Positions 13,109 through 26,700 of a stretch of DNA of 64,000 nt are shown one piece after another. Under the pieces are notes generated by a model. The model did not search any database and was not told the DNA's origin. It was given only the letters and a program-made list of their open reading frames with translations. The stretch spans positions 18,436,210 through 18,500,209 of the forward strand of contig NC_134030.1 of NCBI RefSeq assembly GCF_964204645.1, given 5' to 3'. The position numbers and the translations under genes were made by a program. How positions within the stretch are numbered: the stretch's first letter is position 1; every line of letters starts with the position of its first letter. This stretch comes from Tubulanus polymorphus (Eukaryota > Animalia > Nemertea).

Positions 13109-15917
13109 GTAGTTGAAACATAGTTTATTACTAAAACAAACTTTTCTTAAAGCTCAATCTTACAATGTTTTGCTTTAAATACAGTGTAACTGTTTGTAGA
13201 TACTTAAGACGATTTTCCACCAGCCCCCTGGCCTCACGACGCGTGATTTCATTACTGGCGCTGTCGTGCATGACGTCATATATCGATTTGCGAAATACTT
13301 CCTTGTTCGGTAAAACGTTCGCTGATTGGTCCATTTAACGGGAAACCAACAGAAGCCTAATGTCGTTTGTTACAAGCGCTGTGATTGGTACGACCGGATT
13401 CTGGTCGGCTAGTAACGACTCCAACGACTCGTGAGGTCAAGGGGTTCGGCGAACAGCTTTAGCGTAGTGGGTTCGAATCCCTTGACGGGTGAAGATGGGA
13501 TCGCCGACACTGTGAAAAACCAGGGAGATCGTGGGCTCCTGGTAAACCAGGGAGATCGTGGGGTCCTGATAAAACCAGGGTCGCGGGCTCCAGGTACAAC
13601 TTTATGCTGTGATTTGTGCTAGATATTGCTAATAACGTAACGTGCTTATTCTATTCGCTTAATAAAAAAAGAATTTATCTATAGAAATAAAGGCATTGTT
13701 TTCTTGCATCTGGGGTAGAATCGACCCGGGTCGGATGAAGTCGGCGGATGTTATAAACTGTATGCAGTGGAGATTGATTGCAGTAGAGACCCGCAGTTTA
13801 TAGAGCGAAGATGGATTATAACAGTTGGACATGTTAAAGTTAACTGACCCCAATGAAATGCGACATTTGGTTGTTTTACCATTATTGTCTTACGCGTGAC
13901 GTTGTACCATTCATCAAGAACGTAGTGTCCGATATAACCGCAGTGTTGGTTACAATCACACTGCCAGGACTGGGTGAATCGTGCCATAGACCTGTTTTAC
14001 CACCGGTACGTATATCTTCACATCTAGAGGTGTTAGTTCATCTCCCGTAAAATCAGACAAAATATCTATACTTACCTCTTGTGAATAAGTTCAACTAAAT
14101 ACAAGATGTTACTTGATAAAGGTGAGTTATTGAGGTTTCAATTTCTACTACATGTGTTAGAAATATCCTCTCTTCAGAAAGTGCTGCTACAAACACTCTG
14201 AAAATGTCTTAATTCAGGTACTTGTCACAGACCAGTTTTGGAAGTGAAGGCTGTCTGAACATGAAAGTGAAACCCTGCATGATCAGGATTAGAGGGCGGT
14301 GATGAAATATCAAATGTCTGTCACAGGGATGGACAGAGACTGCTCATCTATTGGTTAAAAACATTAGAAATAAGCTACGTACATTGTACATTGTAGGTAT
14401 TTGTAGGTATTGCACAGACTACAATGTTCATGTATCGAGTCGAATCCTGATGGTGATTGTTGCATTTTTTTCAGATGATCTCTTCTTCCTCAGGATCTGG
14501 ATGCTGCCAATACGAGCTGACGAAACAAACCCGACCGGATAGATAGGTGGTGAGTAGATGACCAGATCATAATGTGTTACATGTATCAAGTAAGATTAAA
14601 AGTTCTAATAGTAATCGTTACGTTTTTATTTCAGATCCAGCTCTTCTTCCTCAAGACCTGATTGCTGTCAATCAGTGCTGACTAAACCAACGGATACTAA
14701 ATTAGTTGTCTTCACACCTTCCTCACTTCTTCGGGACCTGATTGCTGTCATGCTGGGCGTATAAACTGCAGTTTAAATGTGCACGGTCCGATAGAAGATG
14801 ACTCCCGTGGAAATGATAATCCAGAAACTGCTCACATTAATTCGGTGAGCAGACATTTTAACTGTTTGTGGTATATAGGAAACACTTCATCAATGATACA
14901 ACGCAACTATTTGACTAGGTTTAAATCACGTTTCAACCACGTTTTTCAAAACAGTTGTTTATTTGATTCCCAGAGAAGCTTCAACTGTTTTCAAACGCTT
15001 AATTTTGTAGGGAGCCGAAAGTCAGGATATCACCGACCTGAAGATGAGCAAGGTTTACTAAACACAAGCCAACGCAAATCAAGGCGTCCAGTGAGAAGTA
15101 CCGATATTAGAACGGGTGATTTTATAACGTGTTTTGTATTAAACTAGTTTGTTTATCCGTATTTTCAATAGAATTCGTGAATCTATATTTTATTTCTTGT
15201 GTTTAGAGGTTAAATTTCAAATTATGAGCTACCTCAGGTAATTTGAATTGATTTGGTAGAGAAAAACGAATCATATAATTCTAGCTATCAATTCGTAGAG
15301 GTTAAAATAGTATGAAAATAATTCTGTTTGTTTTACTAATGTTCGAATTGTACAATATAAAACCACCGTCACGACCAATAATGAAATGATATCTAACTTA
15401 TTTGAAGAAGTAAAAATTTTGTGCCCGAATTTTTATTTTCCTCCAAAAATATCGCGATTTCAGTTAATGTTTGAGTAATCAGTGACTGTAACTACCATTA
15501 AAACTGACATAAGTTATGTAGGTTAATTCCCACCAGTTGTTGCCACGGCAACGAATTATGATGTAATCTTTTTGTGAAAAATGAAGTTTAAAAACGAGTT
15601 ATTTTTTGGAATTCAAACAGAATGAGACGTGTTTGTCTCCACTGTTTTAGGCGGTATTTTGAGTGACGATTCCATTCGATCTTTCATCAAAATCGACAAT
15701 ATACATAGTTTGTATCAGTAGGCTATACTTTCAATAAAATAAGTTAATTATGATTCTAAATGTTATCTGTCTTACTTTTCTGTGGATGAATTTGTTTCGA
15801 AGGATATACGTAAATAAAATGATGAATGCGATCAGATCTAAACCTTGTCATCTTCAAAGTGCGCGGATAATAAGGTTCGAACCTGATTTCGCCGGATCAG
15901 AGAACATTTCCCGAGAC

Positions 15918-15972
15918 TAGACTGGTTTCCTTTCCCATTCAATATGGAAGATAGAGACCGGTAACCAGTCTA
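15918..15972. mobile_element. Tiny Mutator-like MITE, copy 1 (55 bp)
   Basis: TIR tagactggtt...aaccagtcta; flanking direct repeat ttcccgagac at 15908-15917 and 15973-15982. Confidence 0.7.
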
Positions 15973-15993
15973 TTCCCGAGACGAACTGCCATG

Positions 15994-16053
15994 TAGACTG
16001 GTTACCGGTCTCTATCTTCAATACCATATTGAATGGGACAGGCAACCAGTCTA
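15994..16053. mobile_element. Tiny Mutator-like MITE, copy 2 (60 bp, opposite orientation)
   Basis: Same TIRs; 9-bp flanking direct repeat actgccatg at 15985-15993 and 16054-16062. Confidence 0.7.
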
Positions 16054-16583
16054 ACTGCCATGCAAAGGAGTGGTTGTAACTGATTGTATTTTATACAGAC
16101 ACGTTTACAATATTATATAGTTCACGGTCAGCATTATAGCAACCATTACTGACAACATGTTTTGGAAGAGCATTTTTGCGGCCGTAAGATTTTTCTTTTC
16201 TAAGGCGAATTTTCGACTTAAAAACTTTGTCGCAAATCATACATAAATCTTAACTGTGCATCAGTTATTTCATATTCCGGCGGTAAGTATGCGCTGTTAT
16301 CTTAGTTCACAGAAATTCCGCTATCGTTATTCATAGGGGCAGCACTGAACGGTTCTAATTTAACACAGCCTCGCTATTCTACTGTGGCATGCGAGGAATA
16401 CAGATATTTTCGTTATCATTACCGTGCAACGCTAGCTAACTTCAAAACATAGAAGTGTCAGCTTACACTTCTTTGTTCAGAATAATCCGTAAATACAGCT
16501 TTTAAAGTGATAGAATCATCCTAACGAGTAAAATCCCACAATAAATGTATTAAATGATAAATGTTTATTTAAAACATATAAGA

Positions 16584-16985
16584 AATATTTCTGATGGTTA
16601 CTACCAACCTTCTTCAGTCTAAAATGACTTGCCAAATAAACACACGGTATTAATACATGAAATAGGATACGAATCGCTGCGCATTACGTTACGGGGACTA
16701 GAGCACTGACATATCTGGAAAGAAGTTTAGTATGGGGGCTGAAACCATTATTGAGGTTGACAGAACGATCGGAATGAGTGGTAATCAAAGCAGATTCAAC
16801 TATGTCGTTTAGTGCGACCACTGTTGGGAAAAATAATATTGGCTCCAGAAAAATCAAAATTGTGTCCGGTAACCAAAGAATGAGAAACTACCCTACTTTC
16901 TAATTTGACCCCATTGAATACATCTCGTTTATGTTCTTTAATATGTTCCTTAATATTCCTACCAGTTTCCCCAACATAACGTAAT
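16584..16985 (-). mobile_element. Penelope-like element 3' remnant (GIY-YIG endonuclease fragment + degenerate hammerhead)
   Basis: YVGETGRNIKEHIKEH...HSLVTGHNFDF is typical of Penelope GIY-YIG domains; CTGAAGA...GAAAT lies downstream on the minus strand at 16584-16618. Confidence 0.75.
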
Positions 16986-17707
16986 GTATTTTTTAAAGTA
17001 TTATAGAAATTAATCTTTTGTGTGCTTTTTTTCACAGTTATCAACGAGGATAAAATGAAGAGTGAAAGAATTGATGATTTTAATTTAAATCGAAGATATT
17101 TCTGCGATATTACAAGGCCTGCAGTTAGTTTGATTTGATAAGTAAATTATTTTCTTCTACCTAAAACAACTAACAGTTAACAGACATTTTAATTCAAAAT
17201 ATCATAGATAATCGATTATTTATTGATCGAAATTTATAATTGATAAATAATTCCAATAAACGTAAGAAATATTTTAGAGCATGTAGTTTTTAGCGAACTC
17301 AATTTTTTCTGAATCTAAATTTGAAAACATTATTATTTCTAAATCAATTGAGATGATAACTAATTCAAATCAAATAATTATCAAAACAAATTGAGTGTTT
17401 TGAATAACTTAACTTTTAATATTGTTTGAATAATAATGAAAGAATAATTAACTTAAATCAATATAACTGCAGGCCTTATCGCGGCAATATCATTCATGAC
17501 TTCATGAAAGGAACTATCGGCTGCTACGATCAGCTCAGAAAGGTCCGACACTTTTTTTCATCAAACGTTTTTACTTTTCGCTTCCTCCGTTTGCTTAAAC
17601 GCTCGGATATATTAAACATTATCAATCCATCATCGAAGTATTCTGTTAAACTTCCTCAACCAGAGCGATTATTGTAATAGATGTGAATCAATCCTTTCGA
17701 TATCACG

Positions 17708-20700
17708 ATGACGAAGACAAGTTTGTTCTTAATAATCTGCACAGTTTTACTATTGGGAAACTTATACATTGCAGAAACATCTGGTGCTAATACGAATGAA
17801 ATAAGTAAGTTACTGCGGCCTCCGTTACTCGCCTTAGTAATTATATTTCTATCGGAATTGCGAATTCAACCGATGACGTCAGAGTCAGTGCCGTAGAGAT
17901 TTGTCACAGGCCCTATTAAATGTTACTGACAAAAGATAATCAGAAGATTTACAAACTATGGCGGAGAGTCTGTCTGACTCCTACGAGCAATTATCTAATC
18001 TAAGTTAGATAATCGCTCGGAGGTCTGACTCGCTGATTTGACCGCAAACATGATTATTAACGAAATTACGGACCAAAACGTCGCACGAAGAGCAGGTGTG
18101 ACAGACAGTAGTTGCCAATAAGGGCATGCGAGACTAAAATTTGATTTTCAGTAATAGCAGCGGCGGCCACATTAAACACAACCAACGTATATTGAATAAC
18201 AACAATTTTATATGATAGTTTGACTGTGATTTAGTTGGTAAAGACAATGGTTTTACAAGCCTACGTTACGTGGTTGCAAAATTGGGCTTGAAAATGTGAT
18301 ATTCGTGCAGTAATTTTCACCAAGAATCTGATGGTTACACGGGATCGTAGAGCTTCAGAGATATCCCTAGAAACAACCAGTATCAGGGCTGGGTGAAGCA
18401 GTAATTACGATAATTGAAGAAATCTCAAACTTCTAAATTGTACTGATAGAATTTATTATTTTGAAACCACAACGTTTCGGCTGTTGATAAACAGCCATCA
18501 TCAGTAATGACGATGGTGGTCATATTGAAAAACCGCTATATTTCAAATGTAAGGGGTGATCTCGATTGAATCTATGGATTTACTTTTTCCTTTGGCCCTA
18601 AGGGGACCATGCCAAAGGGAAACTCCAGAAGTGGTGTTTATTTGACAGATTCGGTGAATGGGCTCCGTCATCAGTAGATATGGGGCAAAATCATTGTGAA
18701 CGATTTTGGAATTTTCATAATTCAAGAAATATATTGATACGGTTTTAAGTAAATACTTCCTCGATTTATCCGCTGATTATGTGTCAAGAATGCGGGCAAG
18801 CTAATGACGCAATTAGCGGAGATTACTGTATTCATTCGTGATGATTTATCTTGCACTTAGCTAGCTGTTAGAAATATCCAAAGTCTATTTTGTCATTTGA
18901 AACTGTTACCCAGTTGTGTTACCCAGTTATTGAATAGTTATGGTATGTATAGTTTTTATACGGTATACTGACTTCAGTCTGTTATAAGTGTGAATGATTC
19001 AGTGTACTTTATACTTGACTTACCCCTATAAACTGTACCTATATAAATATCTGTTGACTGACCACAGAGAGTCCCAGCCACAGTACTTTAATAAATGTAC
19101 GTGCTTTGTAATATTATACGTCTGGAGTCGTCGTTAGTTTTATGGGTTTTAGTTCGACCCTGGAGCTTGGATCCGAAAAAGAATTGGGTATTTCGGCCCT
19201 GGAGTTTCATCCGTAACAGAAATTGGGGGCTCGTCCGGGAGCCACGGACTTTGAAGACGACTTTTTGCACATTTGGACGTGTTTATGGCAGAACCAATGA
19301 AACGAGGAAAAGTTTTTGCAGTACTTCTGTTGTTATCTGTGCTGTTTTATAAAGGTACTGTACCGTTTCATATTTGGTATCGTTTTGGGCTCGTAGATAT
19401 GTTGCCCTCTGTGGAATCGTTTATTGATTCGCCAAGTAGCGAACAAATTGAGACTTTACGTAAAAGTGAATTAGTTCAGCTTGCTGAGCATTATAACGTC
19501 TCATTTAGAAAATCACAGAAAAAGGAACATATTAAACTCTGTATTATAGAACATTGCGTCAAATCTGGTCTTTTAAGCGACGTTGAAATGCAGCAGGCGA
19601 TTCCTGAGAAGACAGAAAATGAGGCCGGAGAAACGGAAGCTACATTAATTCGTAGAATGGAGCTCGAGTTCGAAGCGAAGGAACGAGAACGAGAACGCAA
19701 ACACCAATTAGAAATCAAACGTCTTGAGAGTGAACATCAGCTGCGCTTTTTGGAGTTGGAGTCACGTGCTCCGCAAGGCTTTCCGGCACATAGGAATGAG
19801 TTCGATGTCACTCGTCACATACGTCTAGTACCGAAATTTCAAGAAGCTGAAATAGATAAGTACTTTTTACATTTTGAGAAAGTAGCCAATAATCTAAAGT
19901 GGCCTAGAGAGTGTTGGACATTGCTACTCCAAAGTGTTTTGATTGGAAAAGCTCAAGAAGCATATTCATCTCTCTATGCCGAAGAAAGTGCTGACTATGA
20001 TATAGTTAAGACTGCTATATTAAAAGCTTACGAACTTGTACCGGAAGCTTATAGACAGAAGTTTCGTAATCGAAAAAAATCTCCCAATGAAACATATGTT
20101 GAGTTTGCCAGAGAAAAGGAAACGTTATTTAGTCGTTGGTGTGATTCAAAAGATGTAAAAGACTATGATTCTTTGAAACAATTGTTGTTAGTAGAGGAAT
20201 TTAAACAATGTATTAATAGTGATATTAGAACATATGTCGATGAACAGAAAATAGATAGTTTGTCAAAAGCTGCCAGCTCTGCTGATGATTATGCTCTGAC
20301 ACACAAAATCAGCTTTGAGTCAAGTTCTGCTAGTAATTTTCCGGCTTCGGATTCTCGAAATGTGTCAAAATTTCAAAGAAATTTCAATAATCATAGTAAT
20401 ACGCAAAATTGGACTCAGAGTAGAAGAAATAAAGGTATTTGGTGCAATTACTGTAAAAAATCCGGTCATACTCTAAGTACATGTTTTTCTCTTCAGAAAA
20501 AGAATGAGAGGGGAGAGAACCAGAGATCAGAGACAAAACCGATCGGTCTTACAGCAACTCAACGTATTAAATCCAACCCTGCAGTTCAACCATTGTATAG
20601 CAAGAGTTATAATCCATTTATAGTAGACGCTTTATTGTCATTCGAAAGTACCGATGAACCAGTGAGTATTAAATTACTTCGCGATACGGGTGCCTCTCAA

Positions 20701-23700
20701 ACTTTAATGTTGGAGAGTCTTTTACCGTTATCTGGTAGTACTTTTATCGGTGAACATGTTCTCATTAGAGGAGTAGGTTCGGAAATTATCAAAGTTCCAC
20801 TCCACAGAGTTTATCTGGATTCTGATTTAGTTCGCGGTTCTGTAGTTGTGGGCGTTCAGTCGTCACTACCTATTTTGGGTGTATCTATGCTCCTCGGTAA
20901 TGACTTGGCTGGTGGTAGAGTACACATTAACCCTTTAGTCACTACAGATCCTCTACTTAATGTAGATACTGAAAGTTTAGAGAAAACATATCCTGGAATT
21001 TTCCCATCATGTGTAACTACTAGGGCTATGTCGCGATGTGCTGATTAGATAATGGGATCTAAGCCCTGTTTAGAAAACAAAGAGTTTTCTAATGAAATGG
21101 TAGATTCGTTTCTTGGTCGAATTTTTGACGAAACGTCTACCGGTTTCATTTCACCTAATAAAGATGTATCATCAAGGTCAAACCTTATTGATTTGCAGAA
21201 TGTCGAACCAGAGTTCAAGACATTTTTAAATTCTGCTTCCGATTCAATTGAATCATTAACTGGTACTCCTTCTGGATATTATTTTCAGTCTGGAGTGTTG
21301 ATGCGTAAATGGCGACCTCCAGATATTCCAGCAAGTAATGAATGGAAAGTTTATCATCAGATAGTTGTTCCAACACCATATCGGAATGATATTTTAAGTT
21401 TAGCTCATGAAACTTCGCTTGCTGGTCATCTGGGAGTCACCAAGACTTACAACAAAGTCTTAAATCATTTTTTCTGGCCTGGTTTAAAGCGTGATGTTCA
21501 AAATTTTTGTGCATCCTGTCGACCATGCCAGGTGTCTGGTAAGCCTAACCAGATAATACCCCCTGCACCTCTTATTCCGATTCCAGCGTTCGGGGAGCCG
21601 TTTGCAGAGGTTATTTACGATTGTGTAGGTCCATTACCGAAAACTAAATCAGGGTTTCAGTATTTGTTGACAATAATGTGTAAAGCAACACGTTTCGCTG
21701 AAGCTATACCGTTAAGGAATATAACTGCACCACTTATCTGCAAAGCATTGGTTAAATTTTTTACGCTGTTTGGGTTACCGACATCGGTGCAGTCTGATCA
21801 AGGTTCGAACTTCGTATCCAATATATTCCAACAGGTTATGTATCAGTTAGGAATTAAACAAAATATTTCTAGCGCTTACCACCCTGAATCTCAGGGAGCT
21901 CTTGAACGTTTCCATCAGACCCTCAAAACAATGCTTCGAACATATAGTACACAACATGAGAAAGATTGGGATGAGGCAGTACCATTTCTACTTTTTGCTA
22001 TGAGAGAAGCAGTTCAAGAATCCCAGGGATTTAGCCCTTTTGAGTTGGTATTTGGTCACCAGGTTAGAGGTCCATTAAAACTAATTAAAGAAAGATGGCT
22101 TGATAAAACTGATGAAATTAATTTGTTAACATATATTTCCAATTTCAAAGAACGGTTGTATTCTGCATGGGAATGTGCTCGTATGCACCTAAAGCAAGCA
22201 CAGGGACGTATGAAAACCTGGTATGACAAAAAAGCTCGTAATAGAGAGTTCAAAAAAGATGATAAAGTTTTGGTGTTATTTCCATTGAAAGGTCATCCGT
22301 TTAAAGCTAAATTTCATGGTCCGTATGTAGTGCAAGAAAAAGTGAACGATGTGAATTATATTGTTTCAACGCCTGACCGTAGAAAAGCTACTCAATTATG
22401 CCATGTTAATATGTTGAAACGTTACATAGATCGTCCACAGTCTGTCGGTATGATTTCAATTGCTGAAAATAATTCTAATGAAATATGTATTTCAAATTAT
22501 ATTGAAGATCCATTGCATCTAGAATCTGATTTCGATAGTTCTAAATTAGTTCCTATTGCACCTGGTTTCAATAACAGCAAGGCAATAAACAATATAGATG
22601 AAAAAGTTTGTCATTTGGGTTCAAAAGAAAAAGATCAATTATTGCAACTTATTAACGACAATAAGCATCTTTTTACAGATCAACCTGGTCTAACATCTTG
22701 GGCATCTCATGATGTCGATGTTGGGGATGCTACTCCTATCAAACAGCATCATTATAGAGTGAACCCACAAAAAGGTGAAATTATGAAACAGGAGGTTATT
22801 TCTATGATTAAAATGGCCGTAGCTGAGCCTAGTGAAAGTGAGTGGAGTTCTCCCTGCTTGCTAGTACCCAAACCTGGAGGTAAGTGGCGTTTTGTAACTG
22901 ACTTTAGAAAAGTCAATGCTGTGACTAAGTCTGATAGTTACCCAATGCCACGAGTCGACGATCTTATTGATCGCATTGGCCGAGCCAAATATGTCAGTAA
23001 ATTCGACCTAACAAAAGGGTACTGGCAGGTACCTCTTTCTGAAAGAGCTAAAGAAATAAGCGCTTTTGTGACCCCTGACGGATTATTTCAATATCGTGTA
23101 ATGCCTTTTGGCATGAAGAATTCTGCCCCCACCTTTCAGCGGTTAATGAACAAAGTAGTGCGCGGGCTAGTATGTGTTGTAGTATATTTGGATGATATCA
23201 TTGTTTTTTCCGACACTTGGGAAGAACATCTACAACAAATAAAAGATCTGTTTCATAATCTCACCGAAGCTAATTTAACTGTTAATTTAGAAAAAAGCGA
23301 ATTTGGTAAGGCCACAGTTAAATATCTAGGCCATATAGTGGGACAAGGTCAAGTACGCCCCATAGATGCAAAAGTCAAAGCTATAATTGAGTATTCACCA
23401 CCTTCTAACAAGCGTGACATCATGCGTTTTTTAGGAATGGCGGGATACTATAGAAAGTTTTGTAAAAATTTCGCACAAGTCACTGTTCCTTTGACCGAGT
23501 TGCTGAAAAAGGATGCAAAATTTGACTGGAGTGAAACTTGTGAGAAATCTTTTCAATCGGTAAAACATTTGTTGATGTCAACTCCTATTCTCGCAGCTCC
23601 AAATTTCGATAAACAATTCAAGCTTACTGTTGACGCCAGTGATTCGGGTGCTGGCGCAGTTTTAGCTCAAGATGATGATGACGGTTTGGAACATCCTTTG

Positions 23701-26700
23701 TGTTTCTTTTCAAAGAAGTTTGTAGCTGCGCAGAAAAATTACTCGACAATTGAGAAAGAATGTCTGTCTATAATCTTAGCTTTGGAACATTTTGATGTTT
23801 ATACAAGAATGAAAATCTTTCCAGTAGTTATATTTACAGATCACAATCCATTAACTTTCTTGTACAAGATGCAGAACAAGAATAAGCGTCTCATGGCTTG
23901 GAGTGTGATATTGCAGTCGTATGACTTAGACATAAGACACATTAAAGGACGCTGTAATGTGGTTTCAGATGCCCTTTCGCGCTCATAATATCATGTAATA
24001 ATTAATGTGTAATGTATTGTTGAAATATTCCGAATTGTTGTGATCTGAAGATTAAATATGTGTTTGTTTGTATTTTTGTCGAATTTTGTAGAATGTATGT
24101 ACATGTATTTTTTCTAGAAATACATCTCTGAATCTTTTAAGGGTGAGGGTGTTACCCAGTTGTGTTACCCAGTTATTGAATAGTTATGGTATGTATAGTG
24201 TTTATACGGTATACTGACTTCAGTCTGTTATAAGTGTGAATGATTCAGTGTACTTTATACTTGACTTACCCCTATAAACTGTACCTATATAAATATCTGT
24301 TGACTGACCACAGAGAGTCCCAGCCACAGTACTTTAATAAATGTACGTGCTTTGTAATATTATACGTCTGGAGTCGTCGTTAGTTTTATGGGTTTTAGTT
24401 CGACCCTGGAGCTTGGATCCGAAAAAGAATTGGGTATTTCGGCCCTGGAGTTTCATCCGTAACAAAACAAATAGGGGGCCCGTGATAAACTCTGAAAAGA
24501 TATCGCCATATCTCCTCCAATGACTTATAACATTATAAAGTGCAAAAGTCGTTGTAGTTTAGGCAATGGATTCTTCTCTCCTGACCAATACTGCTTATCT
24601 TTTGCTATAGTTTCACTACATGTGGCCTCCACCGAGCACGGGACATGTTTAGTTAGCGAAAGACTGGCGTTTGAACTCCCTAAAAGACCCGAAATCCTAG
24701 AAACATGCGTTGCGTAACATTTACTGATTTATTAAAGGATTCTCTTATATTCCATTCCGTCAATCACAGATTTACTACAAATTCTAAAACATATTTCTAG
24801 AGACGATTCGAGTTCAGCGACCGGCTGTTCTAATAGTCGTCTTTTCATTAACGAGTCTTACAATGCTTGGATGATGAAATGTAAACATTATTCTCTCACA
24901 GCAGAGGCCAGCTTGTCTTACAGACGTCTTTTCATAAACGAGTGTTTTTAACTCTTTACGTGCTAACTTTCTTAATTTCAGATCGTGCTAACTTAATTTT
25001 TTAAAAAAGAATTTTCAAAAATAACGGGTTTTCATACTTCTAGAGGGTCTAATACCCTTCCCTAAACTCAAATAGGATAACATTAGTTTCAAATTCTAAG
25101 AAGAGCGTCGCGTTTTCTAATAATCGATTTTTTATGGACTTTTTCTGGAAAACTGTTTTTTATATTTAGTTGTGAAACCACCGCGAATGAAGTCCAGATA
25201 TCTGACGTCACGGCTCCACAATGCCCTCGTTATCCCGGAGATCATCGAAGAAGAGATACACATTACTAGACGGAGCGAAGGTAGAGAGACAGAGAGATGA
25301 GTTTAAAGACGACCTGCTCGATAATTTAATGTTTGGGGCCCAAATATAGCGTGGATACTAAGATTCTTTGTGTGGTGAATTACCGCTCTGTTTATACCCC
25401 TGGGGGTGGTATTAACTTAAACCCGGGAGACTTACTCAATTAATATTCAGTTAAAATTAGGTTAAAATTCCCTATCGTTATTTAAACATAAGGCGGACGT
25501 TGCATCCAATTTATTGTCTCCACGTTTTTGTGGAACTCTTTGGAAAATTGATCTGAACAAATTTAAACACAGTCTGATCTTTATAACCATGATACAGCTT
25601 TTACTATGAACAATTTTTTCATACAAATTTAAAGATTTTTATCATCATTACTTAAGTTGAAATATAAAACCAGTAACTGAATGATTGACATAATCTGAAT
25701 ATGTTTATTTACAGACGGTCTCCCAGTGATCGCTGATGCATCGGGGAATGATTTAATGAATTATGAGGTGAAATTGAATGAAGGAGAATCAAAAACTTAC
25801 ACGTGTAAACACGATAAAGGGAGAATAAACTGGGAATATCTATTAGAAAATGATGATGAGTGGAAACTTTATTCATCCGAGAAACAATTAACAATCCGTG
25901 GCGATATGACACTCAATAAATCACAAATCAGATGTTTCTCCAGTATCGGAAAGTCCGTGAAAACGTCAGCAAATGGTTTAAAAGTAACAGTTATTCCCAA
26001 GCCTAAAACTACACCGGGTGACCCTACTGGTAAGTGTAAAAGGCGGGAGAGCAGTTTATAGATCCCCCTATGACGTCATTAACACAATCAAGCATGTTTA
26101 AGTGTATAATTTTTCTAGGTGCGGCTCGGAGCTGGAGGCGAGTAAACGACACGACTGTTCATATGATATACAATTACAATGTAAAAACAACTGTCACGTG
26201 TAAATGTGGTAACGATGACGCAATACATGCTACTAGACTAACCGGAAACACGTGGTCTATTCAGATCCCCGATAATAAAACCTGCACGTATAAATGCACT
26301 GATAACTTTAATATAGACATCGAAAACAAAGGTTTGTACATGATAATTATTCTGAATATATAGTTCTCGAATGGCCGCTAGGAGTGCTGATTTGTTTATG
26401 TTTTCAGATGATACTGGTCGATATTTCAAGAACTGGCGAGTTGAAGGTCGAGTGGTGAAATGGACCGCGCAACAACCTGGAATCGTGTTCACTGTTGCCC
26501 ATCGTTTTAAAGCTAACAATCGATTCCTCAGCGACGGAAATGTCGCGAGCGAAGCTGTTAACGATCAAATGAGTTTAAATTTGACGTTTCCGACAAATTT
26601 GACCGGAAAAGTGGCAGTTATTGTGAAATTCACGTGGAAACATGGTGCAACAACCCGCAGCATGGAAAGAGAATTTACCTTTAAAATCGGTAAAGATGGC

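Larger units (their letters stand above)
18904..24464 (+). mobile_element. Full-length Ty3/Gypsy LTR retrotransposon, Gmr1-like domain order (PR-IN-RT-RH)
   Basis: 315-bp LTRs at 18904-19218 and 24150-24464 (TG...CA; one mismatch seen), 4-bp TSD aaac, PBS TGGGGGCTCGTCCGGGA (19224-19240, tRNA-Pro type), PPT aagggtgaggg (24139-24149). Confidence 0.97.
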
